A stretch of 64,000 nucleotides of DNA from an uncultured Alphaproteobacteria bacterium (GCA_963739945.1 CAVUCN010000017.1:81689-145688), one strand, 5' to 3'; shown: positions 40,939 to 51,974, counted from the first letter of the stretch. A program made the numbers and translations. Notes: generated from the sequence alone by a model not told the origin.

Positions 40939-43218
40939 TCAGTCGCCGCCGGCGTTGTAAGCCGCCAGCGCCGCCATGTTGACGAGTTGTGCGTCATTTG
41001 CGGACAGCGACACGATCTGCACCGAGCGATCGAGCCCGACCAGCATCGGACCGATGACATTGGCACCGCCGAGTTCCATCAGCATCTTGGTCGAGATCGA
41101 CGCCGAGTGGAACGCCGGCATTATCAGCACGTTGGCCGGGCCGGACAGGCGGCAGAACGGATAGGCTTCGCGCAGCTCCATGTTCAGCGCCACGTCGGCC
41201 GCCATGTCACCGTCGTACTCGAAGTCCACGCGCTTGCTGTCGAGGATGCGCACCGCTTCCTGCACCCGCTCCGAGCGCTCGCCGGCCGGATGGCCGAAGG
41301 TGGAGAACGCCAGCAGCGCCAGCCGCGGCTCGTAACCGAGCGAGCGGGCCACACGCGCCGCTTCGATCGCGATCTCGGCGATGTCGTTGGCGTCCGGCAT
41401 TTCAGTGACCGCGGTGTCGGCGACCAGCACGGTGCGGCCCCGCGCCAGCACCAGCGAAATACCCATCACGCGGTGGCCCGGCTTTGGATCGATGCAGCGG
41501 CGCACGTCCTCGAGCGCGACCGAGAAGTTGCGCGTGACGCCGGTCACCATCGCATCGGCATCGCCGAGCGCGACCATGCAGGCAGCGAAGTGATTGCGGT
41601 CCTGGTTGATCATGCGCTGGCAGTCGCGTTGCAGATAACCTTTCCGTTGCAGCCGCTCATAGAGATAAGCGGCATAATTGGAATTCCGCTTCGACAAGGC
41701 CGCGTTGATGATCTGAATGTCGCCGCCGAGCTCGATACCGAGCGCCTGTGCGGTCTCGCGCACCGCTCGCTCGCGGCCGACCAGCAGCGCCGAGCCCAGG
41801 CCCTGATGCACGAAAGTCGCCGCGGCGCGGATCACCTGCTCTTCTTCGCCCTCGGCAAACACCACGCGGCGCGGTGCATTGCGCAGCCGCCGGTAGACGC
41901 CTTGCAGCACGCCCGCGACCGGATCGAGCCGCGTGCGCAACTGTTGGCGATAGGCCTCCATGTCCTCGATCGGACGCCGGGCGACACCTGAATCCATCGC
42001 GGCTTTCGCCACCGCCGGCGGAATATCGGAGATCAGCCGCGGATCGAACGGCACCGGAATGATGTAGTCCGGCCCATATTTGGGCCGCGCGCCGTAAGCG
42101 GCCGCGACTTCGTCGGGCACGTCCTCACGCGCCAGCGCGGCCAGCGCCCGCGCCGCCGCGATTTTCATCTCCATGTTGATGGCGCGGGCCCGCACGTCGA
42201 GCGCGCCGCGAAAGATGTACGGAAAGCCGAGCACGTTGTTGATCTGGTTCGGATAGTCGGAGCGGCCGGTCGCCACGATGGCGTCGCTGCGCACTTCGAC
42301 GACTTCCTCGACGGTGATTTCCGGATCGGGATTGGCCATGGCGAAGATGATCGGCTTGTCCGCCATCGCCTTCACCATGTCCTTGGTGACCGCGCCTTTG
42401 ACCGAAAGGCCGAAGAACACATCGGCGCCGGCCAGCGCCTCGGCGAGCGTGCGCGCCGAAGTCTTCACCGCATAGCCCGACTTCCACTGGTTCATGCCGT
42501 CGGTGCGGCCTTCGTAGATGACACCCTTGGTGTCGCAGAGGATGAGGTTTTCCGGGCGGAAGCCGATCGCGCGTAACAGCTCGAGGCAGGCGATGCCGGC
42601 AGCACCGGCGCCGTTGCAGACGATCTTGGTGTTCTTGATCTCGCGGCCGGTGAGTTCCAGCGCGTTGATCAGGCCGGCGGCGGCGATGATCGCCGTGCCG
42701 TGCTGGTCGTCATGAAACACCGGAATGTCGAGCAGCTCGCGCAGCTTCTGCTCGATGATGAAGCATTCCGGCGCCTTGATGTCTTCGAGGTTGATGCCGC
42801 CCCAGCTCTTGCCGAGCAGTTTCACGCAATTGATGAATTCGTCGGGGTCTTCGGTCGAGACTTCGAGATCGATGAAGTCGACGTCGGCGAAGCGCTTGAA
42901 CAGCACCGACTTGCCTTCCATCACCGGCTTGGCGGCGAGCGCGCCGCGATTGCCGAGCCCGAGGATGGCGGTGCCGTTGGTGATCACCGCGACGAAATTG
43001 CCCTTGGTGGTGTAGTCGTAGGCCTTGGACTCGTCCTCGGCGATCGCCAGCACCGGGACGGCGACACCGGGCGAATAGGCCAGCGACAGGTCCCGCTGGG
43101 TCGCCATCGGCTTGGTGGCTACGACTTCGAGTTTTCCGGGCCGGCCTTGGCTGTGAAACAGCAGGGCTTCCTGGTCGGTGAAAGTCGGCCGGTTCGACCG
43201 GCCGTTCTTGGTGGCCAT
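40939..43218 (-). CDS. maeB: NADP-dependent malic enzyme (malic enzyme fused to a phosphotransacetylase-like domain)
   Basis: 759 aa. ...ALLFHSQGRPGKLEVVATKPMATQRDLSLAYSPGVAVPVLAI...VITNGTAILGLGNRGALAAKPVMEGKSVLFKRFADVD...CNGAGAAGIAC..., followed by a C-terminal PTA-like ~330 aa. Confidence 0.93.
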   Translation of the reverse strand: MATKNGRSNRPTFTDQEALLFHSQGRPGKLEVVATKPMATQRDLSLAYSPGVAVPVLAIAEDESKAYDYTTKGNFVAVITNGTAILGLGNRGALAAKPVMEGKSVLFKRFADVDFIDLEVSTEDPDEFINCVKLLGKSWGGINLEDIKAPECFIIEQKLRELLDIPVFHDDQHGTAIIAAAGLINALELTGREIKNTKIVCNGAGAAGIACLELLRAIGFRPENLILCDTKGVIYEGRTDGMNQWKSGYAVKTSARTLAEALAGADVFFGLSVKGAVTKDMVKAMADKPIIFAMANPDPEITVEEVVEVRSDAIVATGRSDYPNQINNVLGFPYIFRGALDVRARAINMEMKIAAARALAALAREDVPDEVAAAYGARPKYGPDYIIPVPFDPRLISDIPPAVAKAAMDSGVARRPIEDMEAYRQQLRTRLDPVAGVLQGVYRRLRNAPRRVVFAEGEEEQVIRAAATFVHQGLGSALLVGRERAVRETAQALGIELGGDIQIINAALSKRNSNYAAYLYERLQRKGYLQRDCQRMINQDRNHFAACMVALGDADAMVTGVTRNFSVALEDVRRCIDPKPGHRVMGISLVLARGRTVLVADTAVTEMPDANDIAEIAIEAARVARSLGYEPRLALLAFSTFGHPAGERSERVQEAVRILDSKRVDFEYDGDMAADVALNMELREAYPFCRLSGPANVLIMPAFHSASISTKMLMELGGANVIGPMLVGLDRSVQIVSLSANDAQLVNMAALAAYNAGGD

Positions 43219-43412
43219 TTCAATCCCTGCTTACGCTGAACTCACGATACAAAAGGCGGGCTCAGGGAACCTTAGCGAAACCGGCGGCCCTACCTCAAGG
43301 GACAGATGCCGGCCGGCCGACATCGGCTGCCATCGCACCGCATTGAACAACGGCGCGCAGCAGAGTAATCGTGCCGTAAACTACCCCTCCGTCCAGGCCG
43401 CTCGGCGCCCCC

Positions 43413-43733
43413 ATGATCAGATTCCTGTTTCGCTTTATCGGCCTGTGCCTGCTGGCGCTGGCCTTCATTTTCTTCGTTTATGACGGCACCAAAACCATCG
43501 CCAACCAGGCGCCGATCTACATGAAGGTCAGCGATGCCTGGGCCATCGTCGATCAAGGCTCGCTGGTGAAATTGCAGCCCGCCATCGAGGCCCACGCGCC
43601 GCACTGGCTGTGGGACCCCGTGACCCTTGCAGTGCTCAATGCGCCAACATGGGTGGTGCTTGGAATTCTGGCCGCTATTCTCATCCTCCTCGGCCGCAAG
43701 AAAAGGCCGCTGATCGGCTACGGCCGCGACTAG
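43413..43733 (+). CDS. Small conserved-looking membrane protein of unknown function
   Basis: 106 aa with two hydrophobic segments ([23 protein letters not shown]... and ...[21 protein letters not shown]). Codon usage is consistent with the neighbours. No function can be assigned. Confidence 0.5.
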   Translation: MIRFLFRFIGLCLLALAFIFFVYDGTKTIANQAPIYMKVSDAWAIVDQGSLVKLQPAIEAHAPHWLWDPVTLAVLNAPTWVVLGILAAILILLGRKKRPLIGYGRD

Positions 43734-43770
43734 TTCGCCGGACACGGCGTGTGGCGTAGAGGGGAGTGAA

Positions 43771-45386
43771 ATGGCTGGCTACGATTACATCATCGTCGGC
43801 GCCGGTTCCGCCGGCTGCGTGCTCGCCAACCGGCTGAGCGAAGATTCTTCGCCACGCGTGCTGTTGCTCGAAGCCGGCGGCCGCGACTGGCATCCCTACA
43901 TCCACATCCCGCTCGGCATGGGCCGCATGCACGACTACGGCATGTTCGACTGGGGCTACGAGACCGACCCGGAACCGAACCTCAACAACCGCCGCATCGA
44001 AGCGATGCGCGGCAAGGTGCTCGGCGGCTCGTCGTCGATCAACGTCATGGCATATACGCGCGGCAATCGCGGCGACTACGACCGCTGGGCGCAGAAAGGC
44101 GCGCGCGGCTGGTCCTATGCGGACGTGCTGCCGTACTTCCAGCGCGGCGAAACCCACGACAAGGGCGCCAATTCCTGGCGCGGCGGCGATGGCCCGCTCG
44201 GCACCGAGTTCGCGCGCACCAAGGACGAACTCTACGACGGCTGGATCGCGGCCGGCGAGGCCCACGGCTATCCGTTCAATCCGGACTACAACGGCAAGCA
44301 GCAGGAAGGTTTCGGCACCGGGCAGTACTCCATCCGCGACGGCTACCGCTCGTCGTCGGCGAACGCCTATTTGAAGCCGGCGCGCAATCGCAAGAATCTC
44401 ACGGTCGAGGTCAACGCGCATACCACGCGCGTCATCCTGCAAGGCTCGCGCGCCACCGGCGTCGAATATGTCCAGAACGGCCAGCGCGTCCGCGCCGAAG
44501 CCGCGCGCGAAGTCATTGTGGCTGCCGGCACATTCAACACGCCGCAGATCCTGATGCTGTCGGGCATCGGGCCCGCCGAGCATCTGCGCTCGTTCGGCGT
44601 CAGCGTCGCTGCCGATCTGCCGGTCGGCAAGAACCTGCAGGATCATCTCGGCGCCTACATGAGCTACACGCGCAAGCAGCCGGGCTCGTTCCATCGCGAG
44701 ATGCGGTTCGACCGCATGGCGGTGAGCATGCTCCGCGCGTACTTCTTCGGCAGCGGACCGGGCACCGTGGTGCCGGGCGGACTGCACGCCTTCATCAAGA
44801 CGCGGCCGGAATTGTCGGTGCCGGACATCGAGTTCATGTTCCGCGGCACGTCGCCGCGCCGCATTTGTGGTTTCCGCTGGTGCGTCCGCCGTTCCTCGAC
44901 GGCTTCGGCATTCGCCCGACGCTGCTGCATCCCGACAGCCGCGGCGAAGTCCTGCTCAGCTCCGCCGATCCGATGAAGCCGCCGCGTATCGTCTATCGCT
45001 TCTTCACCGCGCCGAACGACCTGCCGACGCTGCGGCAGGGATTCAAGCTGGCGCGCGAAGTCGCGCTCGACAAGGCGATGGACCCGTATCGCGGCGACGA
45101 GATCAATCCCGGACCGCAGGTCCAGACCGACGCCGAGATCGATGCCTGGCTGAAGAAGGTCGTGATCACCGCGCATCATCCGTCGAGCACCTGTGCGATC
45201 GCGCCGGACGGCGTGCTCGATTCCGATCTCAAGGTGCGCGGCATCGAGGGCCTGCGCGTCTGCGATGCGTCCGCGATGCCCGATCTGGTCTCCGCTCACA
45301 TCAATGCCGCCGTGCTGATGATGGCCGAAAAAGGCGCCGATCTGATCCGCGGCCGTCCAGCATTGCCCGCGGCCGAAGCGGCGTAA
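43771..45386 (+). pseudogene. GMC family oxidoreductase (choline dehydrogenase-like); frame broken near 44851
   Basis: [37 protein letters not shown]...[18 protein letters not shown]... After EFMFRGTS the next frame continues [33 protein letters not shown]...TAHHPSSTCAI...LRVCDASAMPDLVSAHINAAVLMMAEKGADLI. Confidence 0.9.
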
Positions 45387-45391
45387 GCACC

Positions 45392-45468
45392 GTCATTGCG
45401 AGCGCAGCGAAGCAATCCAGGGGCGGCTTGTATTGAGGGCTGGATTGCTTCGCTGCGCTCGCAATGAC
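45392..45468. repeat. REP-like perfect palindrome, family A (29-bp arms gtcattgcgagcgcagcgaagcaatccag, 19-nt loop)
   Basis: Left arm 45392-45420, right arm 45440-45468, exact reverse complements. It lies immediately after the GMC oxidoreductase stop. A single arm recurs at 47603-47632. Confidence 0.9.
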
Positions 45469-45500
45469 AAACAGGTCGGACTAAACTCGACGGATTGCTG

Positions 45501-46562
45501 ATGGCATCATCCCCACCCGTTCCGATCTTCGACGGCCACAATGACGTCCTGCTGCGCCTGCACCGGCGCAGCGGTGGCGACCCGGTGACGGCATTCCTGC
45601 AAGGCGAAGAAGCGGGGCAACTGGATTTCGTCAAAGCCCGCACCGGCGGATTTGCCGGCGGCTTGTTCGCGATCTTCGTGCCGCCGGTGCGGCGCAAGAC
45701 CAATAGCGAGACGCAGAGCCTGACGGCCACGGACGCGCCCGCGGTCGATCTCGCCGAGGCGCAACGCGTCACCTTCGCCATGGCGGCGCTGCTGCTGCGC
45801 ATCGAGCGCGAGTCGCAAGGCCGCGTCCGCATCTGCCGCGGCGCTGGCGATATCGAACACTGTTTCGCCAACGACACGCTCGCCGCGGTGCTGCACATCG
45901 AAGGCGCGGAAGCGATCGACGAGAATTTCGACGTGCTCAATGTGCTGCACGCGGCGGGCTTGCGCTCGCTCGGCCCGGTGTGGAGCCGGCCGAACGCCTT
46001 CGGTTACGGCGTGCCGTTCCGCTGTCCGTCGTCGCCCGATACCGGACCCGGCTTGACCGATCTCGGCAAGGCGCTGGTCGCGGAATGCAACCGGCTGCGC
46101 ATTATGATCGACCTGTCGCATCTCAACGAGAAAGGTTTTTGGGACGTCGCCGCGCTCAGCAATGCGCCGCTGGTCGCGACGCACTCCAATGCCCACGCCA
46201 TCAGTCCGCATTCGCGCAATCTGACCGACAAGCAGCTCGCCGCGATCCGCGAGTCCGGCGGCATGGTCGGCGTCAATTACGCCGCGAGCTTCCTGCGTCC
46301 GGACGGCAAGCAGGACAAGGATACGCCGGCTGACCTGATCGTCCAGCACGTGGCGTATCTGCTTGAACATCTCGGCGAGGACGGCGTCGGCCTGGGCTCC
46401 GATTTCGACGGCGCCACGATCCCGGCGGAACTCGGCAGCGCCGCCGGTCTGCAAATTTTGGTGGAGACGATGCGCGAGCGCCAGTTCGGCCAGGCGCTGA
46501 TCGAGAAAGTCTGCTTTCGCAACTGGCTGCGTGTGCTGGGACGGACCTGGCAGACGGCCTGA
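45501..46562 (+). CDS. Membrane (renal-type, M19) dipeptidase family protein
   Basis: MASSPPVPIFDGHNDVLLRLHRR...LHIEGAEAI...MIDLSHLNEKGFWDVAALSNAPLVATHSNAHAISPHSRNLTDKQLAAIRESGGMVGVNY...LGSDFDGA... Confidence 0.88.
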   Translation: MASSPPVPIFDGHNDVLLRLHRRSGGDPVTAFLQGEEAGQLDFVKARTGGFAGGLFAIFVPPVRRKTNSETQSLTATDAPAVDLAEAQRVTFAMAALLLRIERESQGRVRICRGAGDIEHCFANDTLAAVLHIEGAEAIDENFDVLNVLHAAGLRSLGPVWSRPNAFGYGVPFRCPSSPDTGPGLTDLGKALVAECNRLRIMIDLSHLNEKGFWDVAALSNAPLVATHSNAHAISPHSRNLTDKQLAAIRESGGMVGVNYAASFLRPDGKQDKDTPADLIVQHVAYLLEHLGEDGVGLGSDFDGATIPAELGSAAGLQILVETMRERQFGQALIEKVCFRNWLRVLGRTWQTA

Positions 46563-46634
46563 CGCGGCAATGCGGCGAACCGTCCGCGAAGCGGCCAGCC
46601 ATTCGTCGCGAAGCCGCGCTACAATGCAGCCCGC

Positions 46635-47355
46635 ATGCCGCGCAGCAAAAGCAGCAACAGCAAAGCCAACTGGCCATGGTGGCGCATTGCGCGCGGGCTT
46701 GCGATCGTTGTCATTGTTTTGCTGGCGCTGCCGTACCTGATCGCGCCGCTCTACCGCTTCGCCAATCCGGTCTCGACGCTGATGCTGTGGCGCTGGATGA
46801 CCGGGCAGCGTGTCGAGCGCGTCTGGGCGCCGATCGAGCGCATCGCGCCGGCGCTGCCGCTCGCCGTGATCGGCGCCGAGGACGGCACGTTCTGCCATAA
46901 CCGCGGCATCGATCTCGCCGCCATGCGCGAAGCGGTCGAGCAATCCGACGACGATCTCGGCGCGTCGCGCGGTGCTTCGACCATCACCCAGCAGGCGGCG
47001 AAGAACCTTTTTCTCTGGCAGGGCCGCAGCTTCGTGCGCAAGGCGCTGGAACTGCCGCTGGCGCTCTGGCTCAACATCGTGCTGCCGAAACGCCGGGTGC
47101 TGGAAATCTATCTCAATATCGTCGAATGGGGCCCGAACGGCGAATTCGGCGCCGAGGCAGCGTCGCACTGGGCCTTCAACAAACCGGCGCGCAGCCTGAA
47201 CACCCAGGAAGCCGCGGAACTCGCCTCGATCCTGCCCAATCCGGTCCGCCGCAGCGCGCGCACGCCCAAGCCCTCTGGTGCGCCGGCTGGCGGGCGTTTA
47301 TGTGCGCCGGTCCGCCGATTTTCCGAACCTGGACGCCTGTATCCGGGCCCACTAG
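46635..47355 (+). pseudogene. mtgA: Monofunctional biosynthetic peptidoglycan transglycosylase; C-terminal frame break near 47272
   Basis: ...RIAPALPLAVIGAEDGTFCHNRGIDLAAMREAV...GASTITQQAAKNLFLWQGRSFVRKALELPLALWLN..., the GT51 motifs. After ...RSARTPK, removing one C (ccc) restores PLVRRLAGVYVRRSADFPNLDACIRAH with a stop at 47353-47355. Confidence 0.9.
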
Positions 47356-47411
47356 CGTCGCGAGCCTCGTTCTTCTATAAGCCCGCCAACCCCTGATCTG
47401 GAGAACGAGAA

Positions 47412-47597
47412 ATGGCCGTCCCCAAGCGAAAAACGTCGCCGTCACGGCGCGGTATGCGCCGGTCCGCCGACGCGCTCAAAGCCCCGACCTATGTCGAAGA
47501 CAAGGATTCCGGCGAGCTTCGCCGCCCGCACCATATCGACCTGAAGACCGGCATGTATCGCGGCCGGCAGGTGCTGGCCAAGAAGAGCGAGGCGTAA
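47412..47597 (+). CDS. rpmF: 50S ribosomal protein L32
   Basis: [55 protein letters not shown]... Confidence 0.97.
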   Translation: MAVPKRKTSPSRRGMRRSADALKAPTYVEDKDSGELRRPHHIDLKTGMYRGRQVLAKKSEA

Positions 47598-47602
47598 GCC
47601 TC

Positions 47603-47632
47603 GTCATTGCGAGCGACAGCGAAGCAACCCAG
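47603..47632. repeat. REP-like family A, single arm (gtcattgcgagcgacagcgaagcaacccag)
   Basis: It matches the arms at 45392-45468 with a few substitutions. It begins 6 nt after the rpmF stop. Confidence 0.7.
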
Positions 47633-47678
47633 CGCTCAATGCCAGCGGTCGCTGGATTCTTCGTCGCATGCTTTCGCG

Positions 47679-48131
47679 ATGACGACGGGAATAGCTGCGG
47701 AGACGCGCGTCATGTTCGCTCTTGGCTTTCCGCTGCTGCTCATTCCCTTCGTCATCTACAACATCGTCGGCTTCATCTTCGGCCTGCCCAACGAATTCTG
47801 GGTCGGACCGGCCACCACCGTGCACATGATGTCCGGTGTGGACTGGGTGCTGACCTGGGAAGATCTGCTGCTCGCGTTCAGCATCTTCCTGCTCTGGATC
47901 GAGATCATCAAAGCGACGCGGCTCGGCATGCGCTCGGTGATGGATCACATCCTGGCGATGGTGCTGTTCATCGGCATGCTGGTCGAATTCCTGCTGGTGA
48001 CGCGCGCCGCGACCTCGACGTTCTTTTTGCTGATGGTGATCGCACTGGTCGACGTGCTCGCCGGTTTCATCATCGGCATGCGCAGCGGACGCCGGCAGAT
48101 CGAAATCGACGGTCCCGAACGGGCCATCTGA
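47679..48131 (+). CDS. Integral membrane protein of unknown function
   Basis: ...MFALGFPLLLIPFVIYNIVGFIFGLP...DWVLTWEDLLLAFSIFLLWIEIIKATRLGMRSVMDHILAMVLFIGMLVEFLLV...FFLLMVIALVDVLAGFIIGM, about four TM segments. The start is uncertain (47679 or 47712); the upstream part of the track ORF lies in the REP arm. Confidence 0.55.
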   Translation: MTTGIAAETRVMFALGFPLLLIPFVIYNIVGFIFGLPNEFWVGPATTVHMMSGVDWVLTWEDLLLAFSIFLLWIEIIKATRLGMRSVMDHILAMVLFIGMLVEFLLVTRAATSTFFLLMVIALVDVLAGFIIGMRSGRRQIEIDGPERAI

Positions 48132-48575
48132 TCAGAGCGATTGCGACAGCGTGCGGCCCGACGGGCTCGGCCATTGGCCGACTCCGCCATAGACGGCGGC
48201 GGCTTCCGCAGGCTCGGCGCGGCGGCGCATGCGGGTTTGCGGGGCCTGAACCGCGTGTCGCGATCAAATGCGCGATGAATGCCGCGTTGGCACGGATGAC
48301 CGGCGAACACGGTGCGCGGGCGCTAAAACAGGTGTCAGAGGAACGAGAGCTCCGGACATCGATGCTTTTTGTCCCGGAACGGGACACTCCTGGCCTTATG
48401 CCAGGAGTTTCGCAAGCAACGTGCCATCGCAAGCGGCGTGCCGTCGCAGAATGACCCGCCGCGGGGATTTTGCGAAATATTTATGGTCCGTCTGTAGCTT
48501 GCCGCTTCAACAGCCATCCGCAGCCGCCACACGCGGACGGCAAAAACTCAAAACGGGGCGCAAAACGGGGCACAT

Positions 48576-50298
48576 GTGACCACCGGCGGTCAGTCAACTC
48601 CTCCCGCAACTCCTCCCGGCACGCCCGATGCCGCGGCGATCCTCCGCTCGATCGGCGAGGTTGCCTATGAATGGCACATCGCCAGCGATGCCTTGTGGTG
48701 GAGCGAAAACGCCGCTGACGTGCTGCTGATCCGCGATCGCGCCGCAATCGCGAGCGGCACCGGCTTCGCGAAATTCCTCGACGCGGAAAATGCCCAGGCA
48801 CGCTTCGACGCGGTGACCAAATCCGGCAAACGCGACGACGGCCATGGCGTTGCCTACCAGATTCAATATTGCATCCGCCCCGATCCCGCCGCGGACACGA
48901 GACTGTGGGTCGAGGACAACGGCCGCTGGTTTGCCGGCGCCGACGGCAAGCCGGTGCGCGCGCACGGACTGGTCCGGGTCATCACCGAGCGCTACGAGCA
49001 TGAGCGCAAGCTGACCCATCTGGCGCGCTGCGACGGCCTGACTGGCGAGCTTAATCGCCACCATCTCACCGAGGTGCTCGAAGACACCATCGATGACGCG
49101 ATCCGTTTCCGCTCGTCGTGCGGATTCCTGCTGGTCGCGATCGACAATCTCGCACGCATCAACGAATCCTACGGCTTCGACATCGCCGATCAGGTGATCG
49201 GCACGGTTGCCAAGCGCCTGCGCAGCCGGATGCGCGGCAAGGACACGCTGGGCCGCTATTCCGGCAACAAATTCGGCCTGGTGCTGCGCGACTGCACGCC
49301 TGACGATATGGCGATTGCCGCCGAACGCATGCTCAGTCGGCATCCGCGACGAGATGGTGCCGACCTCGTCCGGACCGGTTGCGATCACGGTCACCATCGG
49401 CGGTATCACCGCACCGCGCCACGCCCGCAGCGTGACGGAAGTGCTGACGCGGGTGCAGGAAACTCTCGATACCGCCAAGAGCCGCCGACGCGGCTCGTTC
49501 CTCGCCTTCCGCCCGAACATCGAGCGCGAGGCGCTGCGCCGGGAAAACATCCGCGCCACTGACGAGATCGTCGCCGCGCTCAACGAACGCCGCATTTTCC
49601 TCGCTTACGAGACCGTGGTCGCGGCAGCCGACCGCAAGGCTTCGTTCTATGAATGCCTGATGCGGATCAGGCGCGCCGACGGCAGCCTGATTGCGGCAAA
49701 CGACATCATTCCGGTCGCCGAGCGGCTCGGGCTGGTGCGGCTGCTCGATCATCGCGTGCTCGAACTCGTCATCGATGAAATGGCCGCGGCGCCGGACTTG
49801 CAGGCCAGCTTCAATGTCTCGACGGCGTCGACCACCGATCCCGACTGGTGGGCCGGACTGAATTCGCTGCTGCGCGCGCAAAGCGGCGTCGCCGAGCGGC
49901 TTATCGTCGAGATCACCGAGAGTGCGGCGATCCAGGACCTCGACGAAACCCGCGGCTTCGTCGCCCGCGTCAAGGATCTCGGCTGCCGCATTGCCATCGA
50001 CGACTTCGGCGCCGGTTACACGTCGTTTCGCAATCTGCGCAAGCTCGGCGTCGATATCGTCAAGATCGACGGCGCCTTCGTGCACGACATGACGCGCTCG
50101 GACGACGACCGCGCTTTCGTGCGCACGCTGATCGATCTTGCCGAGCGGCTCAAGCTTGTGACGGTAGCCGAGTGGGTACAGAACGAAGATGTGGCGAAGA
50201 CCCTGCAGTCCTGGGGCTGCGATTACCTGCAAGGCGCGCTGATCGGCCTCGCCACCCCCGAGCGGCCGTGGATCGGAGCCGTCACCAGGACGGGTTAG
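48576..50298 (+). pseudogene. PAS-like/GGDEF/EAL signalling protein; frame broken near 49338
   Basis: (GTG start) ...LRSIGEVAYEWHIASDALWWSENA... (PAS-like)...ARCDGLTGELNRHHL...LLVAIDNLARINESYGFDIADQVI...GRYSGNKFGLVLRD (GGDEF position reads SGNKF)...AAERMLS. The next frame continues GIRDEMVPTSSGPVAITVTIGG...FLAYETVV...YECLMRIR...LIVEITES...IAIDDFGAGYTSFRNL...KIDGAFV...AEWVQNED...GCDYLQG (EAL domain). Confidence 0.85.
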
Positions 50299-50399
50299 CA
50301 ACTGCTTTAGGTAAACGACTTCTAAAGCGAGTTTTGCGCCTGCGGATTCATGAAAAAGTGAACTCCTTCTGCCAGAAATCTTGGTTTTAAGGGTGGCGT

Positions 50400-51974
50400 T
50401 TGCGTAAGTCCTGGAAGGAAAAGCTGGCCTCGGCACAGTCCACGCCAACAGCGCGGGAGCTCACCGACGTATTGGTGATCTTCTCGATCACCTTCCTCAC
50501 CTACAAAGCCGTTTCCGACTGGGGCGGCATGACGCTCCTGCAAGGCGTCCTTGGCGCCCAGGCCGAGAAACCGTCGTTCCTTTATTTCTTCGGCATGGCG
50601 CTGGTGCTGTTCAGCCTGCGGCGCATCGGTGACCAGCGCAACGAACGCACCAAGCGCGTCGCCGCCGAGCTCAGCGCCCAGACCGCGTCGATGCGCGATC
50701 CGCTGACGCAATTGCCGAACCGCCGTCAATTCCAGAATGACGTCAGCGCGGCGCTGAGAAATTCCGACAACAAGATGAGCGTGCTGTTGCTCGGCATCGA
50801 CCAGTTCAAGAAGCTCAATGAGGTTTATGGGCATCTTGGCTGCGACGAGGCGCTGTTGCAGATCGGTGCGCGTATTCGCGAGCGCGCCGCGCCGGGCGAT
50901 ATCTTCGCGCGCATCGGCGACGATGAATTCGCCTTATGTCTTGCCGGCGCCGATCCCGACAGCGCGCGCCGGACCGCCTGCACTCTGGTGGAAGTGGTCA
51001 AGCGGCCGGTCCAGATCGGCATCGAACAGCACATCATCGGCGCCAGCGTCGGCATCGCGCAGACCGGCCGCGGTCACGCCACCGTCGACGAGCTGCTGCG
51101 CTGCGCCCACGTCGCGTTGTCGCGCTCCCGCACCATTCACACCGAATTCTGTTTCTTCGATCCGAAGATGGACGCGCATATCCGCGAGCGTTCGCTTATG
51201 GAAAAAGATCTGCGCGCCGCGATCGGCGGCGATACGCTCAAGCCGTATTACCAGCCGATCGTCGATCTGAAGACGCGGCGCATCGTCAGCTTCGAGAGTC
51301 TCGCGCGCTGGCAAAATCCGGTCAGCGGCATGATCCTGCCCGATACCTTCATCCCGCTCGCCGAAGAGCTCGGCATTCTGGACCTGGTGTCAGGCCAGTT
51401 GTTCGGCGATGCCTGCCGCGATGCCGCAACCTGGCCGCAAGACATTTCCCTGACGTTCAATTTCTCGCCGTCGCAATTCGGCGACCGAAGTTTCGCCGAC
51501 GCCATCCTGATGGTGCTGCGCGAGACCGGACTGCCGCCGCATCGGCTCGAAGCGGAAGTCACCGAAAGCGCGCTCGTCGAAGACCTCGAAGCAACGCGCC
51601 ACGCCATCCAGACGCTACGCAACGCCGGCGTGCGTATCGTCATCGACGATTTCGGCACCGGTTACTCGAGTCTCTATCACCTCTACGAATTGCGCTTCGA
51701 CAAGCTCAAGATCGACAAGCGCTTCATCGCCGAGCTGGTCACTACCGGCGAAAGCGCGGTGTTCATCCGCGCCATGGTCGGCCTGTCCAAAGGACTGAGT
51801 TTGTCGATTACGGCAGAGGGCGTCGAAACCGAGGCGCAGGCGGCTGCCGTGCTGCAACACGGCGTCGATCAGGGTCAGGGCTTCCTGTTCGGCAAAGCGG
51901 TCCCGGCCACGCAGGTGCCGCAATTGCTGGCGGAAATGGCGCCGCCGCCGCGGCAACAGCAATTGGTCGCCTGA
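50400..51974 (+). CDS. Membrane-anchored GGDEF/EAL signalling protein
   Basis: Two N-terminal TM segments, then DPLTQLPNRRQF...LLLGIDQFKKLNEVYGHLGCDEAL...ARIGDDEFALCL (GGDEF position reads GDDEF). EAL domain: YYQPIVDL...SFESLARW...EAEVTES...VIDDFGTGYSSLYHL...KIDKRFI...AEGVETE...QGFLFG. The start codon is non-ATG (TTG 50400) and uncertain. Confidence 0.85.
   Translation: MRKSWKEKLASAQSTPTARELTDVLVIFSITFLTYKAVSDWGGMTLLQGVLGAQAEKPSFLYFFGMALVLFSLRRIGDQRNERTKRVAAELSAQTASMRDPLTQLPNRRQFQNDVSAALRNSDNKMSVLLLGIDQFKKLNEVYGHLGCDEALLQIGARIRERAAPGDIFARIGDDEFALCLAGADPDSARRTACTLVEVVKRPVQIGIEQHIIGASVGIAQTGRGHATVDELLRCAHVALSRSRTIHTEFCFFDPKMDAHIRERSLMEKDLRAAIGGDTLKPYYQPIVDLKTRRIVSFESLARWQNPVSGMILPDTFIPLAEELGILDLVSGQLFGDACRDAATWPQDISLTFNFSPSQFGDRSFADAILMVLRETGLPPHRLEAEVTESALVEDLEATRHAIQTLRNAGVRIVIDDFGTGYSSLYHLYELRFDKLKIDKRFIAELVTTGESAVFIRAMVGLSKGLSLSITAEGVETEAQAAAVLQHGVDQGQGFLFGKAVPATQVPQLLAEMAPPPRQQQLVA

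Noticed and set aside
48132-48230. A 32-aa minus-strand ORF (MRRRAEPAEAAAVYGGVGQWPSPSGRTLSQSL) with GC3-rich codons
   Set aside because: It is too short, has no RBS or recognisable motif, and GC3 bias alone is weak evidence in a ~62% GC background. It is mentioned only as a candidate within the ORF-free spacer.
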